The translations under genes were made by a program, and so were the position numbers. From positions 1 to 64,000 of the IMG/VR virus record IMGVR_UViG_3300027627_000003: a DNA stretch of 64,000 bases; one strand, written 5' to 3'. This document shows, piece after piece, positions 32,217 through 42,085 of this stretch (the stretch's first letter is position 1; each line of letters starts with the position of its first letter). The notes under the pieces were generated by a model, which worked only from the letters and a program-made list of their open reading frames with translations, had not been told where the DNA came from and did no database searches. Source of the DNA: a virus. Lineage: Duplodnaviria; Caudoviricetes.

Positions 32217-32822
32217 CCTGTTTTACGGCTGGAAACCTCGTCCTTTAGGACGGGGAGGAAAGCCGTTCTCCATTTTAACCGACTCAAAACTTTTAAATCC
32301 GACTTCTTTGCACCTTGAGTCAAGCGCTTTCCAGTTTCCACGCTATGCAAAGAAATTAAACCTTTAGAAGTACCCCCAACAAAACTTCTTCCAAACTTAG
32401 GGTGGTGAACAAGAGTTCCCCTCGTTAGACCTAAAGAAAGAGTGCCGCCGTAGAGTTTTCTAATCCCACCTTTAGCGAAATTTTGAACATGTAGCTGGCG
32501 TCTTGAAAAATTAAAGAAAGACAGGAAGTACATCCCGTAGAAGGGCTGAATATTCTCACCATATATTCTTTCACAAAGACTGTGGGAGTCCACACAGTGA
32601 GCGTTCCAGACGGGTTTCAACTTACACCCTGTTTTCTGATATCTGTGATAGGCAGAATCCTTTTAAGACCCCTAATTACTCTGAGCTTGGCTCCCCAGCG
32701 AGCTTTTGTGGATGGTGGTATGGAACCACGAGTCCTGTTGTCCTTGGTCAGTCTAGTCTCCTTTTTCTCTTGAAGCCTAGTGGTTGGCTTCAAGCCCCTC
32801 TCTTTAGGGAGGGGTTATTGAC
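32217..32822 (-). mobile_element. iscB: Internally deleted IS200/IS605 IscB (OMEGA) element
   Basis: Starts GTCAATAACCCCTCCCTAAAGAGAGGGGCTTG; contains IscB-like fragments IPPSTKARWGAKLR...LPITDI and HCVDSH...RRQLH...KGGIRKLYGGT; ends with a CCCCGTCCTAAAGGACG hairpin. Confidence 0.85.
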
Positions 32823-33201
32823 ACGTTATGATTCCAGTGTATCTTGGATTTTCAGAGTAAAAAAATATATCATGCCATAGACCTAAATCTATATTTGTCG
32901 GCAAATAATGAACCCAAAGACCGGCAAAACAAAGTTGTTCATAGCTATGTTTTTTAACATACATTTTAAAGTATTTATGTTTTTTAGCTTCTAAAACATT
33001 TATAAATAAAATATTTCCTTCCCATACTTTATAGTCGCCCACATAAATACCTAAAAAGTCTTTATTTTTTAAAAACTTTACACCTTCATACGACCGATAT
33101 TCCGCTTTTGGATCGTCGAATTTTTCGTCGTATAGTGTAAAATATGTTCCCTCTGAGCCTGTTTCAAAAAAAGGCATGAGTTGCCCTTTAATTGTCGGCA
33201 T
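32815..33201 (-). CDS. Hypothetical phage protein
   Basis: 128-aa ORF whose stop codon lies inside the IS end. Confidence 0.7.
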   Translation of the reverse strand: MPTIKGQLMPFFETGSEGTYFTLYDEKFDDPKAEYRSYEGVKFLKNKDFLGIYVGDYKVWEGNILFINVLEAKKHKYFKMYVKKHSYEQLCFAGLWVHYLPTNIDLGLWHDIFFYSENPRYTGIITCQ

Positions 33202-33746
33202 TATATCTCCTTTAAAATGGCGGGCGCGACTACACGCATAGCACCAAAGTAATTGGAAATCATTTCACTGGAGTTTCTTATAGCCCAGTTTATGTCCTCT
33301 AAATGCTTTTGTGCTGCCTCGGCTACTTCTAGTAGATAGTCTAGTTTTTCGACACCGCTGGTAATAGGCTCCAATGAGTCTATTAAAAGTTGTTTTCGCG
33401 TGGAATCTCGTACAGCATTAAGCTGTACATAATATTTAGTACCTATGAATTTCAATGCCTCTTTATGTAACCGATCCCAACGATACTGTAGCCCCTTTAA
33501 ATGATGCCTAATTATAGCCAGACGCTCTTTACACGTTTTAAGAACACACATGGCTTGGATAAGCATTTTGTAGTCTTCAGGTGAATCAATATTCGGCAAG
33601 AGAGAAATATTAGTCTCTAGGATTTCTTTAATTTCATTTTCGTAGGTGTCTGGTATTAGCCAGACCGCCTGATCGGTCTGATCTAAAAAATGTTTTTTCA
33701 ACTGAGGATCTGCACATATCACCATTGCAAAATTTTCGTCAGCCAC
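33201..33746 (-). CDS. Hypothetical coiled-coil protein
   Basis: 181-aa helical ORF. Confidence 0.7.
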   Translation of the reverse strand: MADENFAMVICADPQLKKHFLDQTDQAVWLIPDTYENEIKEILETNISLLPNIDSPEDYKMLIQAMCVLKTCKERLAIIRHHLKGLQYRWDRLHKEALKFIGTKYYVQLNAVRDSTRKQLLIDSLEPITSGVEKLDYLLEVAEAAQKHLEDINWAIRNSSEMISNYFGAMRVVAPAILKEI

Positions 33747-34143
33747 CGTAAGCTCCCACGATTATGTGTTCATAAGGCTCTACATCATAACAATCTCTCA
33801 GATCGAACGCTATAGGTACTGTCAAATGTAAAGGAGGTCTAATATTTATTTTTACCATGTTTAGACTAATTTTATGGAACCAATTTTTACCAACTGTATC
33901 AAGGCTTTTAATATCTTTTGGCAAACATTTTGCTGTGTATTTTTCATAGAAATTATTTAAAGCAGGGTACTCAACACCCACATTAAAAATTTTTATAAGT
34001 AGATCGGTTAAAGAAGACTGTCCTACCGCAATAATTTGCAAAGTAGAAGGATGAGTGACGAGCAAACCCGAAGGCATTACACTACGCTTTGCGTCATCAT
34101 AATAATTTAATACATAACCAATCATGTAAAAAATATACCTCAC
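33739..34143 (-). CDS. Hypothetical protein
   Basis: 134-aa ORF with GAGG RBS. Confidence 0.7.
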   Translation of the reverse strand: MRYIFYMIGYVLNYYDDAKRSVMPSGLLVTHPSTLQIIAVGQSSLTDLLIKIFNVGVEYPALNNFYEKYTAKCLPKDIKSLDTVGKNWFHKISLNMVKINIRPPLHLTVPIAFDLRDCYDVEPYEHIIVGAYGG

Positions 34144-34204
34144 TGTTTTAGTGGGGTATAGGTAATTAGTGAGGTATTACTACCACGAGATTAATTTAAT
34201 TAAA

Positions 34205-34240
34205 GTGACATCCTCCCCGCCCTAAAGGACGGAGTTTATT
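34205..34240. mobile_element. Solo IS200/IS605 end hairpin
   Basis: GTGACATCCTCCCCGCCCTAAAGGACGG is identical to 40545-40572. Confidence 0.8.
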
Positions 34241-34250
34241 AGGATTAAAA

Positions 34251-34685
34251 ATGAAATTTTTTCAAAAAGTATTGGCGGAAGAATTTTACGGTAAAGCAGG
34301 TGCCGGAGGCGTGTTTTTAGCCGAGGATACAGGGCGAATTTTACTATCCCTACGCAGTAAATATGTAAATGAGCCGCAAACATGGGGAGTATGGGGTGGA
34401 AAACAAGAACCAGGAGAAACACCTACTGACACAGTTAAACGCGAAATAAAAGAAGAAACAAGCTATAGCGGTCCTTTTAAGCTAAAACCACTTTGGGTTT
34501 TCACAAAAGGTAATTTTAAATATTATAATTATTTAATTACAGTCCCACACGAATTTAACCCTGTCTTGTGTTGGGAGACTGAAAATTACGACTGGTTTAC
34601 ATTAGATGCTTTGCCAAATCCGCAACATTTTGGTTTGAAGGCGCTACTACCCCACTTACTAAAAGAGATAGCCCAACGTAAATAA
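34251..34685 (+). CDS. NUDIX hydrolase
   Basis: GGKQEPGETPTDTVKREIKEET Nudix box. Confidence 0.9.
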   Translation: MKFFQKVLAEEFYGKAGAGGVFLAEDTGRILLSLRSKYVNEPQTWGVWGGKQEPGETPTDTVKREIKEETSYSGPFKLKPLWVFTKGNFKYYNYLITVPHEFNPVLCWETENYDWFTLDALPNPQHFGLKALLPHLLKEIAQRK

Positions 34686-35108
34686 CCCCTGTAGTGATCT
34701 TTTTTCTGTTCCAAAAGTGGTTATAGCTCCAGCCGTCCAAGCATCTTGAATATTGTAATCATACCCTACACCAAGAGTAGGCGCATAGTTTTGTAGGACG
34801 TGCAGACCATCAGATTTTAACTCTAGCTTGTGACCATCTGGTCCAATACCGGCTATACCAAAAACATGATTCTTTGGATTGTCTCTTACAATTCTTGTGT
34901 CGCATTTTTTATTGGCAGCATCACTTTGCAATTGTCGCAATTGATTCTGTGCTTCGCTTAATGCCAAGCGGAGGCGCTGAACTTCACGCTGCTCTGCAGA
35001 GACTACAGCGGCAGGTTTAAGTACAGGACGTGGATTTTCCGTGTGTTCTGAAAAATCCTGCGCCATACTCACTGAAGCATATAAGATGAAAGGTATTAAA
35101 ATTTTCAT
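34659..35108 (-). CDS. Secreted protein with coiled coil and outer-membrane beta-strand-like C-terminus
   Basis: Signal peptide MKILIPFILYASVSMA; ends FTLGYLF with a terminal Phe. Confidence 0.6.
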   Translation of the reverse strand: MKILIPFILYASVSMAQDFSEHTENPRPVLKPAAVVSAEQREVQRLRLALSEAQNQLRQLQSDAANKKCDTRIVRDNPKNHVFGIAGIGPDGHKLELKSDGLHVLQNYAPTLGVGYDYNIQDAWTAGAITTFGTEKRSLQGLFTLGYLF

Positions 35109-35274
35109 TTCTTAACCTCTTTTAATAAAAGTGGAGGTGGCGAAAAATCACCCCTCCAAAAACAATAAACAAGGGTTCGCTTCCCTAGCTTACCAAGCCT
35201 TTGACGGTTTTTCTAGCTTTTTTAGTTAGATTAACTGACTGGCTAGGTTCTTAATTTGAGTTTGGAGGCTATTT

Positions 35275-36390
35275 ATGGATAAGTTTTTTATTACTTTGTT
35301 GTTTTTTATTATTAGTTGTAATCCTACCTATAATATTAATGTGTTTCCAAAACCTTCACACCCATCACCTAATACTTCATATATTTATGATATTAACTCT
35401 AATGGTTTCATTACTGTAAATAACACACCTACCAATTTAAAAGGATTAAACTGGTTCGGTTTAGAAAATCAAGATCTCAAATTACATGGTTTGTGGATTG
35501 GCGAACCTATCTCCTTTTTTTTAGATAAAATAAAATCTCTTGGTTTTAATGCCCTCCGCATTCCTGTTGTAAAAGAAACTCTAGATTCTAAGTCTCAAGG
35601 ATCTGATGGATATAATACGCCGCAAGACGAACTTGAGGATTTATTAAATTTATCCGCGCAGCGAGATATTTTTGTCGTACTTGATCTACATAAATGCAGT
35701 AAAGACGATAAAATGTTTGATAAACCGGCACCTGGAAAGGGACCGTGTGAAAAGACGCTGCCAGTAAATTTATGGATTGAACAATTAAAAAAACTTGCTG
35801 TCATCTCGTTAGAACATAAAAATGTCATTGCAATTGATCTGTTTAACGAGCCGTGGGGTTTGACGTGGAATGAGTGGAAAAACTTATCGGAACAAGCAGC
35901 AAAAGCTATATTAGAAATTAATCCGAACGTATTACTATTTGTCGAAGGTGTTTCTGATTTAGGGGCAGCGCCAGATAATATACCTTCTTTTTGGGGTGAA
36001 AATTTACATCAAGCCTTAACCGATTTACCGAACATACCTCATAACAGGTTAGTTTTTTCACCACACATATATGGTCCTTCGGTTTCTAATCAGCCTTATT
36101 TTGAGGCACAAGAATTTCCATCAAACATGGCAGCTATATGGGATTACCATTGGGGTTATTTACTTAACACTCAATACGCGGTCACTATTGGCGAGTGGGG
36201 AGGAAAATATGTTGATAAAGATAAAATATGGGGAGATACTTTTGTTGATTATTTAGTAAACAAAAATGTTAAGTCTTTTTTCTATTGGAGCTTAAATCCA
36301 AATAGTGGCGATACAGGCGGCTTATTAGAAGATGATTGGCGTACCGTAAACCCTAGCAAGTTGGCTCTTATTAAGCGTCTAGAGTTTTAA
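35275..36390 (+). CDS. GH5 endoglucanase/cellulase with lipoprotein-type signal
   Basis: NWFGLE, ALRIP, VLDLH, DLFNEP, SPHIYGP, IGEWGG, YWSLNPNSGDTGG; both catalytic Glu present. Confidence 0.9.
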   Translation: MDKFFITLLFFIISCNPTYNINVFPKPSHPSPNTSYIYDINSNGFITVNNTPTNLKGLNWFGLENQDLKLHGLWIGEPISFFLDKIKSLGFNALRIPVVKETLDSKSQGSDGYNTPQDELEDLLNLSAQRDIFVVLDLHKCSKDDKMFDKPAPGKGPCEKTLPVNLWIEQLKKLAVISLEHKNVIAIDLFNEPWGLTWNEWKNLSEQAAKAILEINPNVLLFVEGVSDLGAAPDNIPSFWGENLHQALTDLPNIPHNRLVFSPHIYGPSVSNQPYFEAQEFPSNMAAIWDYHWGYLLNTQYAVTIGEWGGKYVDKDKIWGDTFVDYLVNKNVKSFFYWSLNPNSGDTGGLLEDDWRTVNPSKLALIKRLEF

Positions 36391-37279
36391 GTATTAGATC
36401 GACTTGTTCAATTAATTTATGTAGATTTTCTTCCCCTATCTCTTTAGAAAAAGAAGTTATGCGATTACGCAGAGTTTCTATTTCAAGAGTTCTGTTAGTA
36501 ATTATCCTTTCTTTATTTTTTTTATTAAATTTACCGATTTTATATTCTTCAAGTAGATCCCTCTCATAAGTTTCAATTTCCGAAAACAAACCTTCAACAA
36601 CAGCATTTTGTATACTGCTGACGGTAGACGTATCGTCCTTCATTGCTATTTGATAGAGGCTAATATCTTTAGGATCGAAAATACTAATGATCTTTTCCAA
36701 GTTTTTTATTCGGTGCTTAAATTCATCAGGTATATAGTAGACGCCGAGTTTTAAAGATAATCCGTTACATTCCTCTTGTACTACTTTGGTCAGCAGCCTA
36801 GCTATCTGGTCACCATCGGTAGATTGCTGCATGGCTTGAAATTCTTTTCTTATTTTTTCTTCAAGAACCGAGGACAAAGAATCCTTAAAAGTTAATTCGC
36901 CTGTACCCTTGTCGAGTATCGCAACCAACTCTTTTTTGACCTCAAGATCAGCATCTAATTCCCTCTGACCATGAACGTAAAATTCTGAAATTTCAGGCGA
37001 TACCGTCTTGGGACGATAAAAGCTGTCACTGGGCAATATGGACTTTAAGGTCCGCCCAAAACAGGTCTTATAGTCGTTCTTTGATAACAGATCTATATAA
37101 CTACGCTTTTTTGTTATGATTTTACCTTTATATTTCTTAGGTGGTTGGTTGTGAAGTTTTCCCATCTGTACTAACAGACGCTCAAGGCGTATACGCGAAG
37201 ATATAAAGTCGGCTCGGACGTGCCAGTATATAATTGTACCCAACTGAAATTGTTGCTCTAACTTTAATGCCGTAGTCAT
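36371..37279 (-). CDS. Hypothetical protein, DUF6744-like
   Basis: 302 aa; TIIYW and GVYYIP pattern; preceded by a sigma28-like promoter. Confidence 0.55.
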   Translation of the reverse strand: MTTALKLEQQFQLGTIIYWHVRADFISSRIRLERLLVQMGKLHNQPPKKYKGKIITKKRSYIDLLSKNDYKTCFGRTLKSILPSDSFYRPKTVSPEISEFYVHGQRELDADLEVKKELVAILDKGTGELTFKDSLSSVLEEKIRKEFQAMQQSTDGDQIARLLTKVVQEECNGLSLKLGVYYIPDEFKHRIKNLEKIISIFDPKDISLYQIAMKDDTSTVSSIQNAVVEGLFSEIETYERDLLEEYKIGKFNKKNKERIITNRTLEIETLRNRITSFSKEIGEENLHKLIEQVDLILKTLDA

Positions 37280-37310
37280 AAGTCACTCCTAAGTAGTTTC
37301 TTCCTATACG

Positions 37311-37340
37311 ACTCATCGGAAATAGTATAAAAAAACTTTA
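37311..37340 (-). promoter_or_regulatory. sigma28-like promoter
   Basis: TAAAGT-N15-CCGATGAGT. Confidence 0.6.
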
Positions 37341-37408
37341 ATTTTTGTGTTTTTCAATTATATTAATTAGTTACTGATGAAAAATAAAACTTAAGATTAA
37401 TTTCTTTA

Positions 37409-38044
37409 ATGCCGATAAGAGGTTGTATGAGATTTTTAAACAAAATATCTAACAGTGCTAAAGGTATTATTCAAAGCCTTGAAATATCTGAGGTCTTTGC
37501 TAGTAGCGGTGCGTCTCATTTACCTTTGCAAGAGTTCCTTAAGCTGGTACTTGGTGTGTTGCAGGGTACGGATTCTGTTTTGGTGGGGGGGTTAGCTCTA
37601 GCGGAGCACGCGAAGCCTAGAGCTACTCAAGATTTAGATTTTGTTATTGTCTCTAAAGACATGGACGATATAGTAGCTTTGTTTGAGAGTAAGGGCTTCA
37701 AACAGACAGAAAACATGCCCTACAACCAGCCAAAACGCGATATTGTTAAGTTTGAATACGAAGGTAGGGAAGTAGACTTCCTCTTTTTTAAAAGCAAGGA
37801 ATTCGCTACACACCTTTTAAAAAGGGCAAAGCAAGCGACTATCTTGGGTAAGTCGGTAAAGATAGCCTCGGCAGAGGATCTCGTAATCACAAAATTAGCC
37901 TCTATGCGCTGGAAAGATAAAGCCGACATAATGGCAATTAGATCAAAATCAGATACGCTTGATCTAAGCTATGTTAGAGATAGGCTTTGGGACCTTGGCA
38001 TCACCGACCGCATTCAGTTTTTAAAACTGCCGGTTGAAGACTAA
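37409..38044 (+). CDS. Nucleotidyltransferase (DUF6036/MenT-like)
   Basis: VLVGGLALAEH...RATQDLDF, VDFL, SAEDLVITKL...RWKDKADI; probable start at 37427. Confidence 0.8.
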   Translation: MPIRGCMRFLNKISNSAKGIIQSLEISEVFASSGASHLPLQEFLKLVLGVLQGTDSVLVGGLALAEHAKPRATQDLDFVIVSKDMDDIVALFESKGFKQTENMPYNQPKRDIVKFEYEGREVDFLFFKSKEFATHLLKRAKQATILGKSVKIASAEDLVITKLASMRWKDKADIMAIRSKSDTLDLSYVRDRLWDLGITDRIQFLKLPVED

Positions 38045-38081
38045 AAAATCTAAAGGATTTGACGATAGTAGATAGTGCGCT

Positions 38082-38720
38082 TTGACTGTTGTGGAGGTAA
38101 TTGATGTGTTTGATCGTGTAATGAGGGCTGTTGATGATTTTAGGGAGTTGCCGACCTTAGACCGTGTTGATTTAGAAATGAGAGCTGTCCTACATCAGGA
38201 GCGGTATACAAAAGAAAAAATTGATTTAACGCAAATAGATCCCGTAACTTTAGAATACTTATGTGTAAATTATTTACGCCATGTCTGGTTTGGTAAATAC
38301 GATAATTTCAAAAATAGAGAGCGTCTTAATGTAAGCGATTATTTACAATTTAGGTATCATATAGCTAAGTCTATAGCAGAAAAATATGAATGGTTATCAC
38401 CAATCGCTTTTCGCCAATACCATAAAAAATTAAGAGAATTAACAACTAAAGAAGAAAATGTATTTGATCGCCACATAAACGAATTTTTACGTGAGCATAA
38501 TTTTCATATTCCGATCCATCTTTGGCGTTGGTTTGGAGCACCTGGAGCATTTAGTAAAAAAAGTTGGGTGCCGCATAATCTGGAAGTCAAAGTTATGCAG
38601 GAAATCAAATTAGCACCTTCAGCACTGTGTCAAAACTCAAGATCTGAATATGTAGTTTATTGCAGGGAATGGCTGGATTCTACTTGGAGTGATCTAAAGA
38701 AATTAATGGTAGACTTGTAA
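38082..38720 (+). CDS. Hypothetical protein
   Basis: 212-aa ORF. Confidence 0.7.
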   Translation: MTVVEVIDVFDRVMRAVDDFRELPTLDRVDLEMRAVLHQERYTKEKIDLTQIDPVTLEYLCVNYLRHVWFGKYDNFKNRERLNVSDYLQFRYHIAKSIAEKYEWLSPIAFRQYHKKLRELTTKEENVFDRHINEFLREHNFHIPIHLWRWFGAPGAFSKKSWVPHNLEVKVMQEIKLAPSALCQNSRSEYVVYCREWLDSTWSDLKKLMVDL

Positions 38721-38721
38721 A

Positions 38722-39279
38722 TTATTCTTCTTCCATTTCGATATCTTGCTCCACAAATTCAGGGATATAAAACCCTGGATTTGTGACTATTCCATACTTT
38801 TCAGCTTCGTCCATATCAAATAACCAATCGTTATCTTTAGCTGCTTTAACTTTTTTCTTAATCGTAGCAGCACTCAAATTGGTTCTTTTAACGATCAAGT
38901 CGTAAAGTATTGATGTCTCTTTTTCTAACTGTACGGCTGTGTTTTTATAACCTTCTGCGTGCTTACCTGTGCTTTCCTCAATAGACACTTCATGTATTAA
39001 AAAAGTCGAATACTTCGTAGCATAACGCTCGTCAGCAGCCAAAAATAAAATTAAAGCAGCACTATAACATTCATCAAATGCCTGAGCGACTACCTCTATA
39101 TTTTTTTGCTCTGATAATGTACGCAGAATTTCATAGATAGCAAAAGCAGATCTTGTACAACCACCTTGGGAATTTATGTAAAGGAGTAAGCGGTCCCCCG
39201 AATACTCCTCATGTAGAAACTTCACTAACCGCTTGAGCGTTAGGTGGCTTATGAAATCATTGACGTAAAACATACTCAT
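38722..39279 (-). CDS. clpP: ClpP-like serine protease subunit
   Basis: LYINSQGG, CYSAA (Ser), FLIHE (His), DWLFDMDEAEKYGIV (Asp). Confidence 0.85.
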   Translation of the reverse strand: MSMFYVNDFISHLTLKRLVKFLHEEYSGDRLLLYINSQGGCTRSAFAIYEILRTLSEQKNIEVVAQAFDECYSAALILFLAADERYATKYSTFLIHEVSIEESTGKHAEGYKNTAVQLEKETSILYDLIVKRTNLSAATIKKKVKAAKDNDWLFDMDEAEKYGIVTNPGFYIPEFVEQDIEMEEE

Positions 39280-39385
39280 GATTATGGGCTTTCCGTACTT
39301 CTGCTAGTACATCTAATCTTAGAACACTCCTACACCAAAATAAAGCTATTAATAATAGATTATAACTTGTTGAAGTTATTTACTT

Positions 39386-39685
39386 TTAGTAGCCACAGTA
39401 GACCTCGATGTAAGCAGGGTTGCGATCCGCTACGTTAACCCAAGCTAAGGTATCCATGTAAGCTACCGAGGCAGCATCGTCACCCATCCCATTCGCCCAG
39501 AATTCCGGTGACCCATCAGATCCATCTGTGCCCACACACGTCATGTAAATAGAGTTACCGAAATTACCAGGATTCCAAAGATCTCCTTCCCACTTGCCTT
39601 GCCAAGTTGTCCAAGAGGCACGATCAAAAATGGGTTGAGCAAAACTTAAATTAGACAAAAAAACCGAAAATAGAAAAAATCTCAT
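39386..39685 (-). CDS. Small secreted protein
   Basis: Signal peptide MRFFLFSVFLSNLSFA. Confidence 0.7.
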   Translation of the reverse strand: MRFFLFSVFLSNLSFAQPIFDRASWTTWQGKWEGDLWNPGNFGNSIYMTCVGTDGSDGSPEFWANGMGDDAASVAYMDTLAWVNVADRNPAYIEVYCGY

Positions 39686-39752
39686 ATGAAATTTCCTTTC
39701 ATTTTCAATTTAATCTCAACTAGATTCATAGCACATATTTATTGGAGGTTTT

Positions 39753-40010
39753 GTGACAGAAAATGCAGAGGCACCGCAAGACGATATACAACTTATAATT
39801 GACAATTTTTTTGAAAAAGTCAGCCTATATATAAAAAAAGAATCTGTTTTGGTAAGATCAAAACACTTAAGATCAATTAAAGTTGATTATCCTCAAATAG
39901 AGGCGAAGGTACTTGATGGTGTCTATCAGCAATTAATCCAAGAATCATTCAATATAGAAAACATTGAATTTTATCTTGAAAAATGGTTAAAATACCTTAT
40001 TAACGACTGA
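39753..40010 (+). CDS. Hypothetical protein
   Basis: 85 aa with GGAGG RBS. Confidence 0.65.
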   Translation: MTENAEAPQDDIQLIIDNFFEKVSLYIKKESVLVRSKHLRSIKVDYPQIEAKVLDGVYQQLIQESFNIENIEFYLEKWLKYLIND

Positions 40011-40038
40011 CGATTTTCACCTAACCCTTTGAGGTAAC

Positions 40039-40958
40039 ATGACCGGTATAGATATTATAGCCATAACATATGGTCATACGGATATTTTGAAATGTTTTAT
40101 TAACAGTATAAAAAGCCAAACAAATAAAAACTGGACGCTACATATTGTTCATGATGGTCCCAATGTAGAATTAGGGAAAAATTTAATCGATGAAGGCTAC
40201 GTCAAAGACCAAGTAAAATTTTATCAATCAAAAGAACGAGCAGGTAACTACGGTCATTACAAATGCGGACAACTATTATGTACCCGTAATGGTAGATGAA
40301 GTACTACAAAATAAAGACACTGATTTTATTTATTTTGACTGTGTGCATAATTATCCGCATTTCCATAACAAATCCAGTTATGGATATCTTAAAGCCGAAC
40401 TAAAAATATGTTTTATAGATATGGGATGCGTAGTGGTGCGTTCTATTTTAGCTAAAAAAGTAGGTTTTAATCACGTACACCACACGGCGGATTGGAAATA
40501 TTTTGAGGAGATACTGGCACAACAACCCAATATTAAACGTATAGGTGACATCCTCCCCGCCCTAAAGGACGGGGCTTCCCTTATGCCGCCTTGGCGGCAT
40601 TTAGCGTCTCATGCCCGAGACGGGGTCGAACCCTTACACTTTAAGACCTAGCCGCTAGGGATATGGATCTCTCAGAGTTTTATTTTTTAGTTATTAGTTT
40701 TCTAAATACTTAGTTTTAACTACTAACCTAATTGATTTTACGACCAGAAGGTAAGGATTCTCTGGTCAACCAAATATCAATTGTCAAAGAACAAACTAGT
40801 CGCCGAATGGCTACGAAAACTATTAATAGTATTAATATTTAGGTTTATGTTGTCAACAATTATTTAGCGAGCTACGCTCGCAGAATACCTTATATCCCCG
40901 CCCTGAAGGACGGGGTCTTACGGTATAGGATGATAAAATATTATTTGTACATAATTAA
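40039..40958 (+). pseudogene. GT2 glycosyltransferase broken by an internal deletion/frameshift and an IS insertion
   Basis: NYGHY shifts to TNADNYYVPVMVDE in another frame near 40260; removing 40545-40932 restores the C-terminus KRIDKILFVHN*. Confidence 0.85.
40545..40932 (-). mobile_element. 388-bp non-autonomous IS200/IS605 (TnpB-type) element with no ORF
   Basis: Subterminal hairpins CCCCGCCCT(A/G)AAGGACGGGG at both ends; right end ...GGATGTCAC; TTTAT target motif at the left end; no TSD. Confidence 0.9.
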
Positions 40959-40964
40959 AGTAAT

Positions 40965-40989
40965 CCCGCCCAGAAGGCGGGGAGGTCAC
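40965..40989 (+). mobile_element. Solo IS605-type right-end hairpin, possibly acting as a terminator between convergent genes
   Basis: CCCGCCCAGAAGGCGGGGAGGTCAC. Confidence 0.55.
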
Positions 40990-41327
40990 TAATTAACTGG
41001 TATCTGCTGGGAACTAGATATATTTTTAGGTATTGTTACCATCAATACCCCTAAGTCTAGGGTAGCTGTAATACCCTCCGTCGTCCTAATATTGTCAGGT
41101 AATGTAAACCGTTCTCTATATAAGAACGGTTTTTCTTTTGTCGTTCGTTCGCCTGTCAGATCTAAATAGCGACCAGTGACGCTGACGTTTACTTTATCTT
41201 TTGGAACTCCTGGCATATCGACTTCAACAAGCCAAGCATCTTTCGTCTCTCCAATCTTAGAAGTTTCAGAATTTAAAAGATAATTAAAAACAGACACATC
41301 TTTATGTAAGTCTTCAAATAATAGCAC
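40989..41327 (-). CDS. Small heat-shock protein (HSP20/alpha-crystallin)
   Basis: VEVDMPGVPKDKVNV, FTLPDNI, ATLDLGVLMVTIPK. Confidence 0.9.
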   Translation of the reverse strand: MLLFEDLHKDVSVFNYLLNSETSKIGETKDAWLVEVDMPGVPKDKVNVSVTGRYLDLTGERTTKEKPFLYRERFTLPDNIRTTEGITATLDLGVLMVTIPKNISSSQQIPVN

Positions 41328-41354
41328 AGTACCTCCTTTATGTTTTACATATAA

Positions 41355-41382
41355 AATATAAAGTCGGTATTAACTATGTCAA
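41355..41382 (-). promoter_or_regulatory. sigma70-like promoter of the HSP20 gene
   Basis: TTGACA-N16-TATATT. Confidence 0.55.
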
Positions 41383-41389
41383 GTACACA

Positions 41390-41923
41390 TTAATGAAGAA
41401 TGTAATCTTTATCAATTTCTTCTTCTGACTGTACAGGAAACAATAATCGAATATATTTTTTGTCTGCCTCTGTTAAATTAGGTACACGCTCTTTGAGTAA
41501 GAATAAATCCTTAATCGATCCTTCTACATTAGAAGGATATAATTCTACTAACTCCCCGAAGAATACTTCAGTATTTACCTTTTTAAAGACTAAACTAATG
41601 ATCCTTTTTACGTCCTTTGGACCAATATATGAGACACTCAAACAGTCTTCGAGTGCATGTTCATCACTTTTTTCAGTTAGTCTGTACGATTCAGAAACAA
41701 CATAATATTCCATTACATCGTAGGCGATAATAACTTTGGATATTAAAGTGAGAGAATCCTCTGGATCTTCATCTTCATTATTTACAATAGGCAATATGAT
41801 TATGCCATCATGCTCAAATGAAGCGAATACTGTAGGCTGGATAGAACCATCTCGAAGTAGTAACTCTTTAGAGGAGACTAAGTATTCAAGCATCTTTTCA
41901 AGTACAAGATCCTTCTTGTCCAA
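41390..41923 (-). CDS. Hypothetical protein
   Basis: 177 aa with GGAGG RBS. Confidence 0.7.
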   Translation of the reverse strand: MDKKDLVLEKMLEYLVSSKELLLRDGSIQPTVFASFEHDGIIILPIVNNEDEDPEDSLTLISKVIIAYDVMEYYVVSESYRLTEKSDEHALEDCLSVSYIGPKDVKRIISLVFKKVNTEVFFGELVELYPSNVEGSIKDLFLLKERVPNLTEADKKYIRLLFPVQSEEEIDKDYILH

Positions 41924-42085
41924 AATGCCTCCTACAGATTAGGTTTACATTTAATCTGTTAAAGGCTTATTAAATATTAAATAATCATCTAATTTTTCAA
42001 AATTAAATCCTTGAAAAATAGTCCCAAAGAAAAGTGTAGAACAACCAAGCCTGAATATAGAAATTCTTATTCAGGGTTATGTTGG

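Noticed and set aside
32213-32620. Functional IscB nuclease
   Set aside because: Only C-terminal fragments remain; the PLMP, RuvC-I/II and most RNA scaffold sequence are deleted
37411-37419. Fifth sigma28-like promoter (GCCGATAAG)
   Set aside because: Poor -35 match and too close to the start codon; the AGATT motif explains the site equally well
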